In this document: in pieces, positions 58,123 to 64,000 of the stretch
Position numbering within the stretch: the stretch's first letter is position 1
How the letters are laid out: the number at the start of each line of letters is the position of its first letter
Assembly (NCBI GenBank): GCA_963812135.1
Contig: CAWETU010000001.1
Location: forward strand, 1,696,001 to 1,760,000
Direction of reading: 5' to 3'
DNA: 64,000 nucleotides
DNA from: Vulcanimicrobiota bacterium
GTDB taxonomy: Bacteria; Vulcanimicrobiota; Vulcanimicrobiia; Eremiobacterales; Eremiobacteraceae
Notes under the pieces: model-generated
What the model saw: only the letters and a program-made list of their open reading frames with translations
What the model was told of the DNA's origin: nothing
Databases searched by the model: none
Translations under genes and position numbers: made by a program

Positions 58123-59489
58123 GCGCGCGCGTCGTCGTGCTGGGCGGCGGACCTGCCGGCGATGTCGCCGCGCTGCGCGCCGCGCAGCTCGGCGCGCAAG
58201 TGACGCTCGTCGAACGCGCCCAACTAGGCGGCACGTGCCTGAATTGGGGCTGCATCCCGACCAAGGCGCTGCTCGCCAGCGCCGACCTGCTGCGCAAAGT
58301 ACGCCGTGCCGCCGACTTCGGCATCGAAGTGTCCGAGCCGAAGATCAATTTCGCGAAGATGATGTCGCGTAAAGAGGACATCGTCGTCAAGCAGCGTTCG
58401 GGAGTCGAGGCCGCGTGCAAGCGCAAGAAGGTCGAGGTCGTGCACGGCCAAGGCGCGCTGGCATCGGAAGCCGTCGTCGTCAATGGAACGCGCTATCCGT
58501 ACGATTTCTTGATCGTCGGCGTCGGCACGGAGCCCGCCGGGCTGCCGGTGCTCGAGATGGACCAGCCCGCCGTCATCACGTCCAACGGCGTGTTGCGGCT
58601 CGAGACGGTGCCCAAACGCATGCTGATCATCGGCGGCGGCGTCGTCGGTTGCGAGTTCGCCAGCCTGTTCGCGGCGCTCGGCACCGAGATCACGATCGTC
58701 GAGATCTTGCCGCGCATCCTGACCGGCATCGACGCGCGCACCGCCGGGCAGTTCCAGAAGATGATCGAGAAGGACGGCGTGCGCGTGCTCACCGGCCAAC
58801 GCGTCAAGGAGATCTTGCAGTACCGACGCGACGGCCTAGTCGCGCAGATCGATGACGGCTCGAAGTTCGACGTCGACAAGCTGCTCGTCTCGGTCGGACG
58901 CGTGCCGCAGACGCGCGACATCGGATTGGAAGGCGCGGGCGTGAAGATCGACGCGCGTGGCCACATCGAGACCGACGAGTACCTGCGCACCGCCAACCCG
59001 AAGATCTACGCGATCGGCGATTGCCGTGGCGGACTGCAGTTGGCGCACAAAGCGTCGGCGGAAGGCGCGCGGGCCGTCGAAAATGCGCTCGACCACCATC
59101 CGATGCCGATGGATTGGAGCGTGATTCCAAGCTGCATCTACACGCACCCGGAGATCGCGTCGGTCGGTCTGAACGCCGACGTGGCAAAGGAAGCCGGCCG
59201 TGAGGTCAAGCTCGGAACGGCGCGCGTCATCGGCAACGGCAAGGCCCTGGGTGAGGGCGAGCCCGACGGCTACGTCCAGATCATCACCGACGCGAAGACC
59301 GATCGCATCCTGGGCGCCACGCTGATCGGCATCCATGCGGTCGAGCTGATCCACGAGATCGCGGTCGCGATGTCGGACGCGTTGACCATGGACGAGCTCG
59401 GCGCGGTCATCCACGCACACCCGACGGTCAGCGAATTGGTCATGGACGCCGCGCAACAAGGCGAGGGCGTCGCCCCATACCTCTCGTAG
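58119..59489 (+). CDS. lpdA: Dihydrolipoyl dehydrogenase (E3)
   Basis: GGGPAG, GGTCLNWGCIPTK, GGGVVGCE, HPTVSE. Confidence 0.96.
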   Translation: MSARVVVLGGGPAGDVAALRAAQLGAQVTLVERAQLGGTCLNWGCIPTKALLASADLLRKVRRAADFGIEVSEPKINFAKMMSRKEDIVVKQRSGVEAACKRKKVEVVHGQGALASEAVVVNGTRYPYDFLIVGVGTEPAGLPVLEMDQPAVITSNGVLRLETVPKRMLIIGGGVVGCEFASLFAALGTEITIVEILPRILTGIDARTAGQFQKMIEKDGVRVLTGQRVKEILQYRRDGLVAQIDDGSKFDVDKLLVSVGRVPQTRDIGLEGAGVKIDARGHIETDEYLRTANPKIYAIGDCRGGLQLAHKASAEGARAVENALDHHPMPMDWSVIPSCIYTHPEIASVGLNADVAKEAGREVKLGTARVIGNGKALGEGEPDGYVQIITDAKTDRILGATLIGIHAVELIHEIAVAMSDALTMDELGAVIHAHPTVSELVMDAAQQGEGVAPYLS

Positions 59490-59512
59490 CATAGCCGCAA
59501 AGGAGTCAGCAA

Positions 59513-60016
59513 ATGCGTTTTGGAGCCGCTCTCATGCTCGTCGCGATGGTCGCCCTCTTGCCGGCGTGCGCGAAGAAATCCACGACCGAGAACGCCCCGG
59601 CCAACCCGGGCGCCACCACCACCGCCGCCACTCCCGGATCATCCGTGCAGCAGGCGACGGTCCAGACAAGCCAGGGCAAAGTCACGATGGGCCAAGGCGC
59701 GGTCGATCCGAACAGCCTCGGGTTGCCTGTCTACCCCGGCGCGACGCCGATCGACGCCGGCTCGTACTCGATGCAGACGGCGCAGGGCAGCGCGCAGATT
59801 GTCACCGTCGAGACGCACGACCCGTACGACAAAGTGATCGCGTTCTATAAAGACAAAATGCCCCCAGGCACGCAGAGCTTCTTGAGCGGGAGCGGTTCTA
59901 CCGCGAGCGCACAGTTCGTCGTCGGCAAGGACACCGACAAATCGAAGAAGCAGATCGTCATCGCGCAATCCAACGGAGCGGTGAGGATCACCATGCTCGT
60001 GGGCACCAACCAGTAA
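59513..60016 (+). CDS. Hypothetical lipoprotein
   Basis: AAGGAG RBS, LPAC lipobox, GLPVYPGA, KVIAFYK. Confidence 0.8.
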   Translation: MRFGAALMLVAMVALLPACAKKSTTENAPANPGATTTAATPGSSVQQATVQTSQGKVTMGQGAVDPNSLGLPVYPGATPIDAGSYSMQTAQGSAQIVTVETHDPYDKVIAFYKDKMPPGTQSFLSGSGSTASAQFVVGKDTDKSKKQIVIAQSNGAVRITMLVGTNQ

Positions 60017-60023
60017 GCGCACC

Positions 60024-60626
60024 ATGTCGCGTGTGGCGGCGGTCGTCCTCTGTGCGATCACACTCTGCGTTTTCGTCGGCGCTGGCAAGACCGACTCGCT
60101 GTCTTCACCGAGCGCCGCGCGATCTTCAAAGGCGCTCGCCGATAGCGGCAACCTTCCAAAACCTATATCCTGCGAAACGTGGGTTGTCGGCGCACAGCAG
60201 CTTAACCAGCAAATGCCGGACGACATCATTAGGGGCATCGCTGAGGGCAAGGGACTGCCGTCTCAGTTCTACTCATCAGGAACGGTGCCCGCGGACTTCT
60301 GTAGACCTGTGAATGGGGTTTGGACATTTCCAGACTCGCAACAACATTTCTATAACGCCGACGGGCTAGCGCTTCGGCAGCAAAAAGTCCTCGCAGGCGA
60401 TCGAGGAACGATTCTGTCCATCGTCCATCGAACGCCAGCCGCCGATCGCATCTACATCAAATGGATGTATTCGCGCGACGGCTTGATCGTGTTTTCGATG
60501 AAGCCGACAAACACCGGAATCTGGATGTCCGGTGGTCCGCCCTATGTGGTCCTAAATAAGGACGAAATCGTAACGCCTGACGTCGGGGAAGTCGGTCCGC
60601 CACCGCCGGGCACGAGTGTCCGCTAG
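60024..60626 (+). CDS. Hypothetical exported protein, paralogue of 43005-43679
   Basis: Signal-like N-terminus; shares PVNGVWTFPDSQQHFYNAD and KWMYSRDGL. Confidence 0.78.
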   Translation: MSRVAAVVLCAITLCVFVGAGKTDSLSSPSAARSSKALADSGNLPKPISCETWVVGAQQLNQQMPDDIIRGIAEGKGLPSQFYSSGTVPADFCRPVNGVWTFPDSQQHFYNADGLALRQQKVLAGDRGTILSIVHRTPAADRIYIKWMYSRDGLIVFSMKPTNTGIWMSGGPPYVVLNKDEIVTPDVGEVGPPPPGTSVR

Positions 60627-60633
60627 TCGACCG

Positions 60634-61799
60634 TTACGGTGTCGGTGTCCGCGCGATCACGCACTTGAGATAGGCCGTCTCGGGGGCAGCGATCAGCACT
60701 GGGTGATCCGGCGGCTGGCCGCGTTCTTCGAGGATCTGCACGTCGCGGCGCGCGTCCGTTGCCGCATCGCGCAGCATCTTGGCGAAGAGCTCGCGCGTCA
60801 CCGGACGCGAGCACGAGCACGTCACCAGGATGCCACCCGGCTCGAGCAGTTTGAGCGCGCGTAAGTTGATCTCTTTATAGCCGCGGATGGCGCCTTCGAG
60901 CGCACTGCGTCCACGCGCGAACGCGGGCGGGTCGAGCACGATCATCCCGAACTTCTCTTCGGCATCCGCCGCTTTGCGCAGCCAGTCGAAGCAGTTCGCC
61001 TCGACCACAGACGTGTTGAGGCAGCGGTTGAGCGCGAAGTTGCGCTCCGCCAAGCGGCACGCCTCGGCCGAGATGTCGACGTTGATCACCTCGGCTGCGC
61101 CGGCGAGCGACGCGTGCACGCCGAATCCACCCGAATACCCGAAACAATTGAGCACGCGGCGCCCTGCCGCGTACTGCGCCGCCGCCTGGCGATTGAGCCG
61201 CTGGTCCAAGAACAACCCGGTCTTCTGTCCGCGGACGACATCGACCAACAGGCGCGCTGGACCCTCGCCGATCTCGACCAGTTCGGGCGGCGGCGCACCC
61301 GCGAGCACACCCGTGCGCGGCTCCAATCCCTCCAGCGAGCGCTCGGGGACATCGCTGCGCTCGTAGATGCCGTGCGGCGATAAGTATTCGACCAGCGCGG
61401 CGACGATCGGTTCTCGCGCGCGTTCGATGCCAAGGGTCGAGAGCTGCACGACGAGCCAACCCGCGTATGAATCGACGATCAGCCCTGGAAGTCCATCGCC
61501 TTCCGAATTGACGATCCGGCGGCCGGCATCACTCGCAAGCGGCCCTCGGAGGCCGATCGCGGCTTGGACTCGCCCGCGCCAAAAGCTTTCGTCAACGGGC
61601 TCATCGAGCCACGAAACCACGCGCAGCGTGATCTTCGACGCGCGGTTGAGATAGGCCATCGCGAAGAACCGGCCACGCTGGTCGAGCACGCGCACGATTT
61701 CGCCGTTTTCAGCAGCATCCGGCAGTGCCGCGATTTCGCCCGCGAAGATCCACGGATGACGCGCGCGTTCCGGGCGCCTGGGCTTGAGCCGCGCGTCGG

Positions 61800-61803
<4 letters not shown>
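60634..61803 (-). CDS. RlmI/RlmK-family SAM-dependent rRNA methyltransferase
   Basis: [42 protein letters not shown]. Confidence 0.92.
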
Positions 61804-63998
<2,195 letters not shown>

Positions 63999-64000
63999 GG

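Overview
High-GC bacterial chromosomal window, mostly core genes. Left part (minus strand): rpoB-rpoC, a 3-gene insertion (HAD hydrolase, GT4 glycosyltransferase, clan GH-A hydrolase), then rpsL-rpsG-fusA-tuf-rpsJ-rplC-rplD. Middle: MsbA-like ABC exporter, a divergent photolyase/cryptochrome, a cytochrome c lipoprotein, a cobalamin-riboswitch-led btuCD-btuB-btuF uptake operon, a xanthine-dehydrogenase-family trio, and a UPF0158-Fic / RecB-type nuclease / degenerate UvrD cluster. Right part: ECF sigma/anti-sigma, AT-richer orphan exported-protein genes, ggt, panB, a single-chain lipoyl-E2-E1 2-oxoglutarate dehydrogenase with lpdA, an RlmI-like methyltransferase and a partial clpB. Terrabacteria-like RNA polymerase plus a TonB-dependent receptor suggests a diderm such as Eremiobacterota (inference only). 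Main observations: (1) a GTAG-type REP-like 25-nt palindrome occurs at the rpoC stop codon and, translated in two different frames, inside two proteins (five copies in the Kgd linkers, one in BtuF); (2) a putative operon of an apparently inactive Fic, an intact-looking Fe-S nuclease and a degenerate helicase, interrupted by a gene flanked by a duplicate of the fic 3' end; (3) a photolyase with a remodelled FAD pocket; (4) two close paralogues of an unknown exported protein 17 kb apart. All family calls come from reading motifs by eye; no searches were run.
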